From: Octopus vulgaris
Taxonomy: Eukaryota
Assembly (NCBI GenBank): GCA_951406725.2
Contig: OX597819.1
Location: forward strand, 86,676,001 to 86,740,000
Direction of reading: 5' to 3'
DNA length: 64,000 nt
Part shown: positions 24,756 to 38,224 of the stretch, piece by piece
Layout: every line of letters starts with the position of its first letter
How positions within the stretch are numbered: the stretch's first letter is position 1
The notes under the pieces: model-generated
What the model was told of the DNA's origin: nothing
Database searches by the model: none
What the model saw: the letters and a program-made list of their open reading frames with translations, nothing else
Translations under genes and position numbers: made by a program

Positions 24756-24854
24756 TTCCTTGTTTTTCCTGATGAGAAAGCGGCATAATGTACTCCTTAT
24801 TCCTTCACAATTAGGAATATGCAGCCTTCGAAACATATGTCGAAAATAAAGGAA
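24756..24854 (+). ncRNA. Type I hammerhead ribozyme
   Basis: TTTTC-CTGATGA (24769-24775)-long stem II (GAAAGCGGCATA/TATGCAGCCTTC)-GAAA (24830-24833)-CATATG-TC (24840-24841)-GAAAA. Stem I extends through TTCCTT/AAGGAA. Confidence 0.75.
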
Positions 24855-24903
24855 ATTTGTTAATTTGTCGTTCAACTCCATTCTTTCATTTATTCATAAA
24901 TTT

Positions 24904-25027
<124 letters not shown>

Positions 25028-25899
25028 GTGTATATCTTCACGCTCTCTGTTTCCGTCTGTCACATCCTAGAGGTTCAGCTGGATCACAGTATGGAAGATT
25101 CAGATTGTGTCACTTTCTGGTCGCGACTACAAAGGCTCCGGAAATAATGAGCAGGGCATGCATGGTATATATTACCAAACTCGCATATGTGTGACGATTT
25201 TCGTATAGTCTACAAATTTATCGGGCTTGCGATCCTGGCAAACAATACCCTATCAAATGTTAGCAGAATAACTATCACTTAAGCGACTTACGCAGAAATG
25301 CTGATAAATGTCACACTAATAATGCATTCTTTACATACGGACTTCTAGTCTGGTATCATTCCAAGAACTTAGTCCTTCAGTATACTGTTGGATAATAGTA
25401 AATATAGAAACGAAAAATTATAAGAAGGCCAATTACTCAGTGAAAATATATTTAAGTAGAAATTTTGTCAACATGCAATTTTGTTACTTTTGTTCTCCGA
25501 TTCTTGCATTTTCTGTTCCGAAGTATTTAATTATTATTTGAATAGAGTTAGAATTGTTGACTGTGAAATTTTGAAGCCATGTAGTGCAAATGAATTACAT
25601 CTTGAACAAATGACAGACATTTACAGTTAAAACGTCATGGATAATTAAAGAATTTTATTTTCCTTTTACAGATTGTATGTATTGCAATAAGTCAGTTGAT
25701 TATTAAGTTTGTCGTTAAATGATTAAAACATGGCTAATAATTATTAAATCCTCTTAAACAGAAATAAGTGCGCCATGTTGGAATATATCTACTGCTTAAT
25801 ACATATATATATATATACACACATACATACATACATACATACATACATACATACATACATACATACATACATACATACACACATACATACATACATACA

Positions 25900-25931
<32 letters not shown>

Positions 25932-27011
25932 AGTATATATATGTGTGTATATGTGTGTATGTGTGTATGTGTATGTGCGTGCATGTGTGTTTGTGTGTAA
26001 TTCTAATCTGATTATCACTGGTCACTTACATTAGTATCGTAAATTAATAATAAATACCTGCACTGTACAATATAGTTTGAGTGCTTTCTCTTCATACATT
26101 AAACATTTAAATTAGTAAATCCCGAAAAGATTATGACAAATCGTCTACAGTTTACTTTAAATTTGAGATTACAACTTATAATTAAGGTATTTGGGTTAGA
26201 ATGTTAATAATGATTGCAAGCTACCGGAGTTATTGATACTAAATGTTGCAGACAAAAAAAAGTATAAAGGTATTTGAAATCAATTTTGCATAAAAGGTCG
26301 TGTTGGCATTAGACCCATTAAATACCTGATTAAATTTGACAATATAAGCTAAATTTCTTCGAGTTAACCTTGCATCTGTCACATCCGGAATCATGAAAAC
26401 AGAACAGGCAGCTTAATCTTTCTGCGTTGCTGTTGTAGTAGTTAGCGTATATCTTCAAGCAGCACACCTGCACCTTAAAACTATTCTTCTTGTTGCTAAT
26501 ATAAAGTAACCCCACAGAATTATCAGACTGAATTGTATTTCACTATCTCCATTGCCATCATAATTGTATTATGAGGTACATTATCTTGATATTTATATCT
26601 GAAAGCATGTCATCCTAGTGCTGAAAATAATAGAGTGTATGTTGAACTGAGGATCAATTTAGTTGGCTGAGAAGCAATATTCAAAGATTGTCATTGACCT
26701 TACAGTGTAAGGGCCTGACTCAATCCTTAGTTCCAGCATTGTAAGCTATTTATCATAAACTTTAGAGTGTTGTTGCTTAAACTCAGTCCAGCTTTGATAC
26801 AGCTGACTCATGATCAAAGACATTTCTCTGCCGAGACTAACACATTTTTATGGGTACCAAGTACAACATTATCAAATGCTTCCTTTCATTTTTGAAGGTG
26901 GTAAGGTGAGCTTTGGCAAAGATTTGGTTTCTATTTATAACAAACCGAGAAACTATGCGACTCTTTCTTATTAGATTATTTTTAATGCTGTAATTGAAAG
27001 TGAAAGTACAA

Positions 27012-27655
27012 ATATTCTTTTCTACTATAGGCACAAGGCACGAAATTTGGGGGAGGGTGCCAGTCAATTAAATCGACTCCAGTACGCAACTGGTACTTAA
27101 TTTATCAACCCCGAAAGGAGGAAAGGCAAAGTCGACCTCGACGGAATTTGAGCTCAGACTGTAAAGACAGACGAGATACTGCTAAGCATTTCGCCTGGCG
27201 TGTTGACGTTTCTGCCAGCTCGCCGCCTTTGTGAAAGCACAAATATTCTTTTCTACTCTTGACACAAGGCCCGAGGTTTTGGGGGAAGGGGCCAGTCAAT
27301 TAGATCAACCCCAGAACACAACTGGTACTTAATTTATCGACCTCGAAAGGACGAAAGGCGAAGTCGACCTCGGCGGAATTTCAACTCAAGACGTAAAAAC
27401 AGACGAAATACTTATTTCTTTACTACTCTCAAGGGGCTAAAGACAGAGAGGACAAACAAGGACTGACAATTAAGGACTGATGGATTAAGTCGATTATATT
27501 GACACCAGTGCGTAACTGGTACTTATTTAATCGACCCCGAAAGGATGAAAGGCAAAGTCGACCTCGGCGGAATTTGAACTCAGAATGTAGCGGCAGACGA
27601 AATGCCGCTAAGCATTTCGCCCGGCGTGCTAACGTTTCTGCTAGCTCGTTGCCAT
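27012..27655 (-). mobile_element. Cluster of SINE family C (a dimer plus a monomer)
   Basis: Three AAAGTCGACCTCG-like cores (27128, 27361, 27554); two full heads ending near 27228 and 27653. Confidence 0.88.
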
Positions 27656-27747
27656 TGAAAGTACAAAAATTATGAGAAGACGTAGCGATCAAAATACTGA
27701 TTGAATAGTTTAAATGTGTGCGTGTATGCGCGCGCGTGTATGCGCGC

Positions 27748-27791
<44 letters not shown>

Positions 27792-28419
27792 TAAAGATAG
27801 TTTGAATGTATATGTATAGACGGTTCTCATTATGGGAAGGGGTTTACGAAAAACCAGTCGATTAATTACACGTCCAGAATACGCTGATCCGAAGTGGAAC
27901 TATTAATCATTATTTGCAGAGAAATGAGGAGCAAAACATTTCCTGTTGGTTACACAGGCATCATGAAATTTGTCAACCCAAACTGGTAAACTATCAATTA
28001 GATACAGGCAGAGAATATTTTCAATATTATCTTGACTAAAAATAGAGAGAGATCAACGGTTGAAATGGATGGAAGTAATATATTCGGCTCTTAGAATAGA
28101 CAATTTAGCATTCTTAAACGGTACCTTATTAAACAGGATGTAATACGGCCCAGTATAAATGTAATAACAAGAATACCATAGACCAAATTTCAGAATATAT
28201 TTATTTCTATGCTTCTATGAACAACTACAGATTATCTGCACCATTTGCGAACGTGGCGTATTATTATATTCGGCACAAAGTCCATATATCTATAAGGCAA
28301 GAATGCGGCTGTATGCACTTTTGAGCAATACTAGACCGAAACTCCAAACTGTGGAGCGTTTCTTTATAGAAATAGCATATAATTTAATGAATGAAAAGTA
28401 CTGAGAGGCCCTGGAGCTT

Positions 28420-28443
28420 ATATGCATACATATATGCATACAC

Positions 28444-28476
<33 letters not shown>

Positions 28477-28898
28477 TGTATGTATGTATGCATATGTGTG
28501 TATCATGAAAGTATCTTATTGTATTGATATATATATGTACATATGTACACATATACATACGTACGTATGTATATATATATATATATATATATGTATACAT
28601 ATATATATACATATATATGTATACATACGTACATATGTACATATATATATTATATATGTACATATATATGTATACATATATGTACATATAAATGTATACA
28701 TATATATATATATATATATACATATATAAGTGTATGTATATATATACATATACATATATATGTATACATATATATATATATGTATACGTATACATATATA
28801 TATACATGCATATATATGTGTGTGTTAATATGTATACATATATATATATGTATATGTATTCATATATATACATATATATGTATATATACATATATGTG

Positions 28899-28934
<36 letters not shown>

Positions 28935-29029
28935 TATATATTTATGTAAATATATATGTATATATACATATATATGTGTGTGTATATAGATATATAAATA
29001 CATATATGTACATATATAGATATATGTAC

Positions 29030-29098
<69 letters not shown>

Positions 29099-29130
29099 TA
29101 TATATATGTGTGTGTGTGCATATATATACA
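28420..29130. repeat. Large degenerate (TA/CA/TG) microsatellite field
   Basis: Directly visible alternating purine-pyrimidine tract. Confidence 0.95.
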
Positions 29131-29420
29131 TTGATAAAAATGGTAAGACAACAAAAGAATGAAAGAGACCTCGATATTATGTAAATAGAGGTATTTCTCT
29201 GTAAATGTAATATGTGACAATTATTCGCTAGCAATGATAAAACTCCGAGTTTTAGATGCCGAGGTGGAAATCCACGCCGCCATCTCTTCAGTTATCCAGC
29301 CATCGGAAAAATTCTATGAAAAAATCCTAGTTTTGAGATGGCCGGATAACTGAAGGGATAGCGGTGTGAATTTCTACCTCGGCATCCGAATACTTTTCAC
29401 ATATTACATTTTCAGATATT
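29131..29420. mobile_element. Palindromic non-coding cassette with two opposed degenerate hammerhead motifs (PLE pLTR-like)
   Basis: Arms GATGCCGAGG..TCTTCAGTTATCCAGCCATC (29255-29304) and GATGGCCGGATAACTGAAG..CCTCGGCATC (29337-29386); outer arms CTGTAAATGTAATATGTGA / TCACATATTACATTTTCAG. Confidence 0.65.
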
Positions 29421-29465
<45 letters not shown>

Positions 29466-29468
29466 CTA

Positions 29469-29886
29469 AATAATGAGAGTAGAAATTGATATTAATCAAT
29501 TAAAATCACTGGCTTAGCATATTTAAAAAATCCGAAGAATAAAAGTTTTATTACATGCAAATCAAGAGGAATGACCACCAAAATGGATTCCTAATATGTT
29601 AAAGATAGACGTCAAATCGCCTTACCACGAAGAGTGTGTTCTCAAGAAAATTTCAGCAAATGCCATTTGACCTGCTCATTTTTACATTCTGGTGATTGCT
29701 GAAATTTTCTTGAGAACACACTCTTCGTTGTAAGGCGATTTGACGGCTATCTTTAGCATATTAGGAATCCACTTTCGTTGTCATTCCTCTTAATTTGTAT
29801 GTAATATAATTTTTGATCTTCGGATTTTTAAAATAATCTATGCCACTAGATTTAATTGATTAATATCAATTTCTACCCTCATTATT
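29469..29886. repeat. ~420-bp imperfect palindrome (arms ~190 bp)
   Basis: 29469-29660 is the reverse complement of 29696-29886, with scattered mismatches. A further partial copy lies at 30180-30300. Confidence 0.9.
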
Positions 29887-30332
29887 AATTTTTAAATAAC
29901 AATGTTCTCTAACCGGTAAATTAGCTGCAGTAATTTATTAACTGCAGAGTTATTTCCGGCCTCAGCACGCCAAAATGAAGACATTTGAAAGATATTTCCA
30001 AATATAATATGCAGAACTCTATACATATTCTCTTTCGGGTGAGCGTTCTGTGTCTGGTTCTGAAAATTGTGTTTTGTAAGCGACAGACTACGCTGATAAG
30101 TTTGCAGATATTTACATTCACAAATATTAACAAACGAAAACACATGTACGTAGGTGATCGTTTTTATTTCGTATATTTTCATTTGCCTTGCTCATTTTTA
30201 CATTCTGGCGTTTGCTGAAATTTTCTTCAGCACACACTCTTCGTGCTAAGGCGATTTGACATCTATGTTTAGCATATAAGGAATCCACTTTGGTGGTCAT
30301 ATATATATATATATATATACATATATATATGT

Positions 30333-30379
<47 letters not shown>

Positions 30380-30550
30380 CATATATATGTATGTGTGTAT
30401 GTATATATGTATACATATATATATTTATACATACATATATATATATATATAATTATGTGTGTGTATATGCATACATATTTTATACATATATATGTATATG
30501 TATATATATATATAACTATATATATGCACATATATATATGTGCTTATATA

Positions 30551-30584
<34 letters not shown>

Positions 30585-30969
30585 CTAGCAGTATCGCCCG
30601 GCATTGCTCAGGTTTGTAAGGGAAATAACTATAAAGCATTTGTAGAGAGTTATAGCCAAAAAATAGCAAAAAAATCGAAAAAAATTATGGTAAATTTTTT
30701 TTGGAGATTTAAAAAAGGTTGAGTTGCGTCCCCTAGACAGTTTGTGGTTCGTGTTTCTGATTCTCGACCCCATGTCGAATTTATCAAATTTTTTCAGAAC
30801 TGGGGGAACTTTTCAAAATTTTTGCTGCGTTAGTTTTGAATTATGACATTGGGCTATGTGTGTGTCAAGTTTCATCAGAATCGGTTGAAAGCCGTGGTCA
30901 GGGTGAGGGTACAAGCAAACAGACACACAGAAACACGCACAGACAAACTGCCGTTTATATATAGAGAGA
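30585..30969 (-). mobile_element. Non-autonomous Helitron (Lep1-like architecture)
   Basis: The minus strand starts A|TCTCTCTATATATAAAC, carries (CTGT/GTGT) repeats and ACCGATTCTGATGAAACTTG, and ends with a GC-rich hairpin then CTAG|T inside (TA)n. Confidence 0.75.
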
Positions 30970-31911
30970 TATATGTACATATTTATGCACGTATATATAT
31001 ATATATGTATATATGTATAGATATATGTTCATATGTACATATATATATCTATGTATATATTTATGCACGTATATGTATATATATATATATATGTATATAT
31101 GTATATTATACATATATCTACATATGTATATGTATATTTATATATACATATATTTATATACACATATATACATATATTTACGTACATATGATCATATATA
31201 TGCATGTACATATATATTTATGTGTGTGTATTTATATATATATGTATATATACAGTGTTATTTCTTGCAGAATATAGGAATAGAGCCTATATAACTGAAG
31301 AAATTCGTTAAAAAAACAAGCTCGGCAGCTGGAAGTAGCTCAAGATAGTTATGATTGCGAAAAGACCGCAAGTGGAACCCTTCTGAAAGTGAAAACTAGC
31401 TCGATCCTCACTGCCCTACTCAGGTGAAGCGTACAGGCTAACATGGGCACGACGCGTGTGACCCTGAGATACATGCTGACGATACGGAAGGGTTTCCAAC
31501 GTTGCAATAGATTTAGAACTTGCAAAACCTCTCAGCAGCTCCTGTAGTTTCTGCGCGCGGCAAATCATCTCTGGTGTTTATTTTACTTATACATGTATGT
31601 ATGCATGTTTCTGTGCAATTTTGGTAGCATTGTTGGTGTTGCCAATTCTACTTCGCTATTAGTATTTTTATCACTGACAACTATGACTCGAAAAGTTAAA
31701 TTCCACATCATGTGAATACGCTTTGTAATCCGCTCTGATAATGTTGTGATAGTCAGTATTTTTAACAGGACAATAAATGAATACATAAAATGAATAAATA
31801 AAAATACAAGAATAAAGTTTCTGATTGGTTTACATACTTGTAGAGGAAAATGTTCAAAACCAATTGAAACGGTTTTCTAAGCTTACACGCTGGCATTGAT
31901 GTATGTATATA

Positions 31912-32079
31912 CAGAGGCTAGGGTAAATGGCGCCCAGGGCAAGCATCAGAAAAGGTCCCCCCACCAAACCAAATCTTTTTTAATGGCTTAATTTGAAAAT
32001 GATCTTGGTCAAAATTACAACCCCTCAAAGTGGCGCTCAGGGCATCTACCCTACTTTCCCCACCTTAGCTATGCCCCTG
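31912..32079. mobile_element. hAT-type MITE remnant
   Basis: Right end TAGCTATGCCCCTG (rc CAGGGGCATAGCTA), degenerate left end CAGAGGCTAGG, internal GGCGCCCAGGGCA / GGCGCTCAGGGCA repeats. Confidence 0.5.
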
Positions 32080-32080
32080 A

Positions 32081-32111
<31 letters not shown>

Positions 32112-32189
32112 TGTATGTATGTATGTATGTATGTATGTATGTATGTATGTATGTATGTATGTGTGTGTGTATAAGTGTAAATTCTTCTT

Positions 32190-32830
32190 CTGAAAATTAG
32201 CTGGTTTCTAACAAAGATACAAAGCTACATCTTTGGAACGTAGATACTGAAAACAATATCATATTTTAAACCTGAGAAAATTCTTTCATAGCTTTACCGT
32301 TCCGCTTACAGATTGTATTTGTAATGTGCGAATCAGATGGTTGATTTCTTTTTCTGAAAATCCAAGCTTATCCAGACTGACAGTTAGGCATTTACTTACA
32401 AAATCAAGTGCTTTACTTATTATTGGAATGAATGTAAATTTGTAATCCAGATATAGAAGCTGAAGATTTTGAAGCAGCTGTCCATAGTTATCTTCTTTCT
32501 CTTTGATTTTCAAGAAGATATTCACAGCAGCAGGACAGCTGATCTCTATAGCGGCACATACTTTTCCTTGTCTGTCCCAAACATCAATATCCGGCCTGTT
32601 ACGCTTGCACTTGACAGATGTTTTGATGGGAATGTTCCACCAGTATTCCTTGTGCTGATATTTGGTGACGTATTCAATAACAGAGGGATTTTCTATATTT
32701 ATTCCAGGGCAGTCTTTTTCCCGAATGGCATTGTATATTGTCTTTGCAACAATGTCATGTTGCACAAGGGAACTTGATGACATTTTCAAGTCGCTGCTAA
32801 TCACGTGTGATGTCTTCCACAGAAATATGG
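32190..32830 (-). mobile_element. R4/Dong-like LINE 3' fragment (RLE endonuclease)
   Basis: ORF 32286-32804: HDIVAKTIY, WWNIPI, NRPDIDV, IEISCP, KEKEDNY, FIPII; a PD-(D/E) restriction-like endonuclease. Confidence 0.85.
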
Positions 32831-33104
32831 CAATCTACATTTACGGTTGCATCTTTGAACTCCATGGGCAGAGTTCTAAGATTTTACACCAGTTATTTTG
32901 ATGTCCATTCACAACTTTTCTGCATTACCCCTATCACGAAATCGAAAATTGCGAAAAACGCTCTACCCTAGTTCAGGCAACATTGGTTTGATGGTGGGAG
33001 GGAGCTTAATGTGCAGCGCATACATTTGATCACAAATCATGTGTGATGGTCGTTCGGCAAAAACTGAACACTCATACGTCATCTTCGACTAGAGTGTCCA
33101 TCAT

Positions 33105-33265
<161 letters not shown>

Positions 33266-33879
33266 ATACATAAATACAAAAAAAATTGGTGGCACGCACA
33301 TACTGGCACATATCACATATGTTCTACAGAATGACACTTGAAATTTTGATAACGTTATGTGATATGATCTTAGAATGAGAAGGGTAGTCTTTAAGCTAAA
33401 TATCAATTCTATCCTCCCTCTCATTTATCATTTCACACAAGACTATCAATTCTGTCCGGTAAAACAATATCAGAGCTATAAATCTCTTGAACGCATAATT
33501 CTGCTCTCAAATAAATATATATAGTTTATGAGCCAAATGAAGTTTCCTTTTAATATTCACATTCTAGCTTAAACTAATAACTACTTTCTCGTTTGAAAAT
33601 TAGATTTATACCTTAAATCTGCCAACAGCACTAAAGAATCCTTTTAAATCAGTTTGAAATAAGCACACGCATAAGCAACAACAATTCCACATTATAGAAG
33701 CTTTTATTCCTCGACATTATGATGATTCTTGGCAGCAATAACTGCTGCAAAGAATCAATATAAGCAAGCGTTGTGTTTTCAAAGTTAAATATGAAACCAT
33801 GATTTGTTGAGACAAAAATTAAATGAATTGATAAAAATGAATTATATTTGTCGACCATTCAGAATAGTCGATGGAGTAA

Positions 33880-34060
33880 TTCTTTCAAATTTCGGCACAT
33901 AGCTAGCAATTTTGAGGGATGAAGTCAAGTCGACTACATTGATCCCAGTACTTGACTGGTACCGTATTTTATTGACACCTAAAAATTGAAAGGAAAAATT
34001 GATTTCAAACGTATGGAGCCGGACAAAAATGGCAGTAAGCATTTTGTCAGAAGCACCATT
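33880..34060 (-). mobile_element. Old SINE family C copy
   Basis: AAGTCGACTACATTGATCCCAGTACTTGACTGGTAC..TTTATTGAC matches the family C body. Confidence 0.65.
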
Positions 34061-34089
34061 GTTCGCTCGTAGGGCCAGCAAATTTGTGG

Positions 34090-37075
34090 GTAGGAATAGT
34101 CGATTATATCATGTTAGGTCATCAATGACAAGCGCCAACCTCTTTGCCAAAACTTTGAACAAAATCTTGAAATCTGCTCACCTTAATTTTGGGTTCTTTC
34201 TCAGCAGCATTTTCGCTTCTCTACACAGAGAACAGGGATTTCTTCCATTGTGCTGCCAGTTGCGGTAGATATTTACCAAAAGGTTTTCAGACAAGTCAAG
34301 CTCGTAGGGTAGACCATCCAAAGCAGTTGATTTGTGCCCTGTGCTACCAACATTCATTTCTTGTATTTCCGTGGCTGGTATCGTCATTTCGCAGCACTCC
34401 GCTTCTCGAGTAGAGAGTAGCCGCAGGCAGTCGAGATAGGCACTGAAAAAAATCCATTCTTCGTTCCGGGCAACCTGAGCAGTCGAGCAAAGTGTTGGTT
34501 AAAAGCTGTACACATCTGCTTGGAGTCGAATAACATGCACCCATTAAGGTCTACCAAAGACCGATTTGTGGATTTGTTGCTGCGTTCAGTTTCTTCCTTT
34601 CTGGTCCATCGAAAGGCTTTCGTGCCCTCGCGTTTTAGAGCACGCACGCCTTAGTTCTGACAATGTAACCGTGCGTTGCGATGAAGAACTGGTCTGGGCT
34701 ATTTTCGCCGTGAGCACGTTGGCTTCAACATCTTTCCCAAGTGCCTATGACTTTACTAAACAATCGATTCTATTCCTTTTCAGAGCGAACTAACATTGTT
34801 GTTGACAACTGCCCTTAACTAATTCGCTAATTCGAATTCTGTAACCTCGGCGCACCGGGAGCAACACGTTCAGCCTCCAGTAACCCGATCCCTGTCTATG
34901 TAGCATGTCTAGGTCAAACGTACATGTCGCAAACTTGCAGTATCCGGCCACTTTAAATTGTTTAAAACCTATGCTATCTTTACCTACTAGCTTACATAAT
35001 ACTTTATCAAAATACGATCTAGATAACTCGATGTTTATGGCCACATCGGCACATTCGGGAAATTCAGTCGGTACCTGCCAGTTGGAAACGTCTGAGCAGA
35101 TTTGCGAGGATTTTGCACCTATATTTCCTATCAGCTAACTTCCCTCAACCCAAATGTGTATCCAAGATGGCGTTCCAGTCACCTACTAGTACTAAAGAGC
35201 GGGACGTTCCGAAGCTTTCCAAGTGCAAAAGTTCTGGTTGCTTCACCCTTGTTGATACATAAACAGCTGCTAGTTGAAGGTACCCATTTCACTACTGTTC
35301 ACATCCAAGACCACTAGTTTACTTTCTGGGTCCAAGGTGATCCATATCGCAAATGTAGATCATTTTGAAATAACACATCAGTTCCTTATCTCAATCCTGG
35401 TCGTCTTGGAGATAAGTAGCTCTCGTATCCACCGAAAATGGCCATGAAGGCTTGTGGATCAGAAACCCTGGTCTCGCTGAGGGCGACCACATCTATATCT
35501 AGTAATCTGTGTTTGCTGTGCAACAGACAACCCTGCTTTAAGGTGACCCTCAGGATACGTTCATTTACATCGTTTATTCTGAGCAAGCCATGTTTCTGAG
35601 AAGGAGGAAGATGTAAAAAGGACGACTTACCTTATTCTTATGAATGGATAGGTACTTCGTCCTTCCATAGAACGCAGGTATATCCACAAATAATTCTCTA
35701 TGAAGTCTTTTATTGATATTGTTTCTGAAGTTTACTACGCCAGCGAGTGATAGCTTTCTTTATGCGTTATATATGTTTTGAATGCATTGGACGATTTTTA
35801 TGAGTGCTGGTGTGTTTTCTGTTGGCGCAATAAAAATAATTCTAAGTAATGTTTGTGTATTGATGCATATGTTTCATTAACTATGTTTTTTTATTTATGG
35901 CAGCATAATGTATAATATTTATTTTCATTTGTCCTTGATTTGCGTGTATGATAGGTTTTGCTGGTGTTTGTGATGATGATTGTCTTCGTGGTGGAGGTGA
36001 CTGTGAGTGTGATGATGGTGTTGGTTGTATTGGTGTTATTGTTGTTGTTGTTAGATATGGTGTTGATGGAGAGTTTCTTTCCTTCACGCGTCTGTATCTC
36101 TCAACCATTTTAGTTGGTGTGATTTTTTCTCTTTCCTTTTTTTTCCTTATTTAACACTTGCTGCCATTTATTTTCTTCTCCGTCACCTTTGCCACACATG
36201 CCTGAGAGATCCCAAGCGAGGAGGGGGCATGTCTTAGGAAGTCATTGTTCTTTTGTTGCTGTAATTTGGGGCTTTCAGTTGTTGATGGTGTGGTGGTTTT
36301 TGAGGGCAGTGCTTTATTTTTTGTTGCTTTAGTTGCTGGTGATTCATCTTTTAGTGTTGTGGCTACTGCTGTTTCTGCTTGCATTCGCAGCTGCTAGTTT
36401 TAGTATTACAGTTGCTGTTGTCCCTTGCCTTTGGTACTACTAGTGTTTATGCTACTGGTGTTCGTTGTAATCGTTGTGGTGATAGTATCGATAGATGTGA
36501 GATTCATTCTTCTCTCATTCTTTGCTGTGGACTGAAAGCCTTGAGATGATTTGTTTTCTCACACAAGTGACATATTTTCCTCCTAGATTCGACAGTGACG
36601 TACAGTTTTGTGCAGTCTGAGAGATCGATCAAGTATAGGATATATTCCATACCTTCTTGATCTGTGTGGATCAATAGCTCCATTCTTTGGCCCTACCTCG
36701 TTTGTTTCTGCAACCTGTGGACCTGCAGAAAATTAGTTTTGTCCTATATGTCGAAGAGTACCGCTGCTACCAACCAGCAGATGTTTACTTCTGGAGGAGC
36801 ATCGACAATCTTTATCTACTCTACATCTAAGGCCAAGGCAAATTGGTATGAGTCCGTTACTCTCTAGTGCTCTCGTGGAGAGCTTCCTGGCCTCATCCTC
36901 AGTCAGAAATCTCACCATCACCGTGCCGTATTTTTTCCTCTAGTGACATATGTTTTGGTGTCTCAGACCGAGCTGAGGCACTTTTACATTTGCTGCAGTA
37001 TTCTTTGTTCAATTTTATGGTCTTTTTTGTGCCTATCAAGCGTTCTCAGATTGATTTCTTGGATGGATTCTGAAA
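34090..37075 (-). mobile_element. Decayed L1/Tx1-clade LINE (ORF1, APE endonuclease, start of RT)
   Basis: rc peptides RKKYGTVMVRFLTEDEARKL (ORF1-like), DIDVVALSETRV (APE), GSGYWRLN, KSTALDGLPYE and DFKILFKVLAKRL, in L1/Tx1 order; many stops and frameshifts. Confidence 0.8.
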
Positions 37076-37779
37076 TGTTCATTCCTACATTTTGACTATA
37101 CCGTATAAGGACGGTTTAAGTCATTTTCTTTTATTCAAAATGCTAATTTAATAAACTTTTCATGTTGCAGCTGTGTTTGCGAATCTGGTAACTCTAAATT
37201 TTTAAAGTGTGGATCTTTTATTTGTGCTGCTAAGTGGTGGTGGTGGCGACGGTGAAAGTAAAAATTTTCAGATGTGTCAAATTGATAATTTGTTTTTCTT
37301 CGTTACTGTCCTCATTGTTGTTGCTGTTTTTATCTTCATTCTTTTTCCTTTCCGTTGGTATCGATAGTGGCTGTGGTGGAAGTATTAATATTACTTTCAT
37401 AAGTCTTCGTTAGCATGATATTCGTCGGTGTTGTTGTTGAGATTGCTGTTATTGTTCATTCATTCTCTGTTAACAGGTAGTAGTGGAAAATTTGCTTTTC
37501 TTTTTCTCAAAGAAGCAAAATTTTCACAAACCAACAAACATCAGAGATCGCATAGAGCAGAAATACAAAAATGCCTCAGACTGATCAGGGGTATCAAAGC
37601 ATATGACCCTAAGAGAAAAAAATACGGTACGGTAGAGATGAGATTTCCTACAAAGAATAAAGCCAGGAAGCACATCAAATTGCAAAAGAAAAACTTTCTT
37701 CAGAGCAATAAAATTCAATAACATACGACTTCCAAAGCGATGCCTTTCTTTTACAACAAATATAATAATAATGGTTCCA

Positions 37780-38224
37780 AACTTTAGTACAAGACCAGAT
37801 AATTCGGTTGATAGGTGCTGGTTAAGTCGATTACACAAACTTCAGTGCTCACCTGGTACTTATTTCATCGACCCCGAAAGGATGAAAGCAAAGTCGACCT
37901 TGGTAGAATTTAAACTCAGAACGTAAAGAACGGAAGAAGGGCCGCAAAGCATTTTTTCCGGTGTGCTAATGATTCTTACAGTTCGCCGCCTTAATAACAA
38001 CAACAATAATGGGTTCGAATTTTGGCGCAAAGCTAGCAATTTCAGGGGAAGCGGCTAATCGATTACATCGACCCCAGCACTCAACAGATACTTATTTTAT
38101 CGATTCCAGAAGGATGAAAGGCAAAGCCGACCCCGGTGGTATTTGAACTCAGAAGGTAAAATCAGAAGAAATGCCGCTAAGCATTTACTCCGGCGCGGTG
38201 ACGTTTTGCCAGTTTGCCACCTTG
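37780..38224 (-). mobile_element. Two adjacent SINE family C monomers
   Basis: Two CGACCCCGAAAGGATGAAAG-like cores with heads at about 37990 and 38222. Confidence 0.85.
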
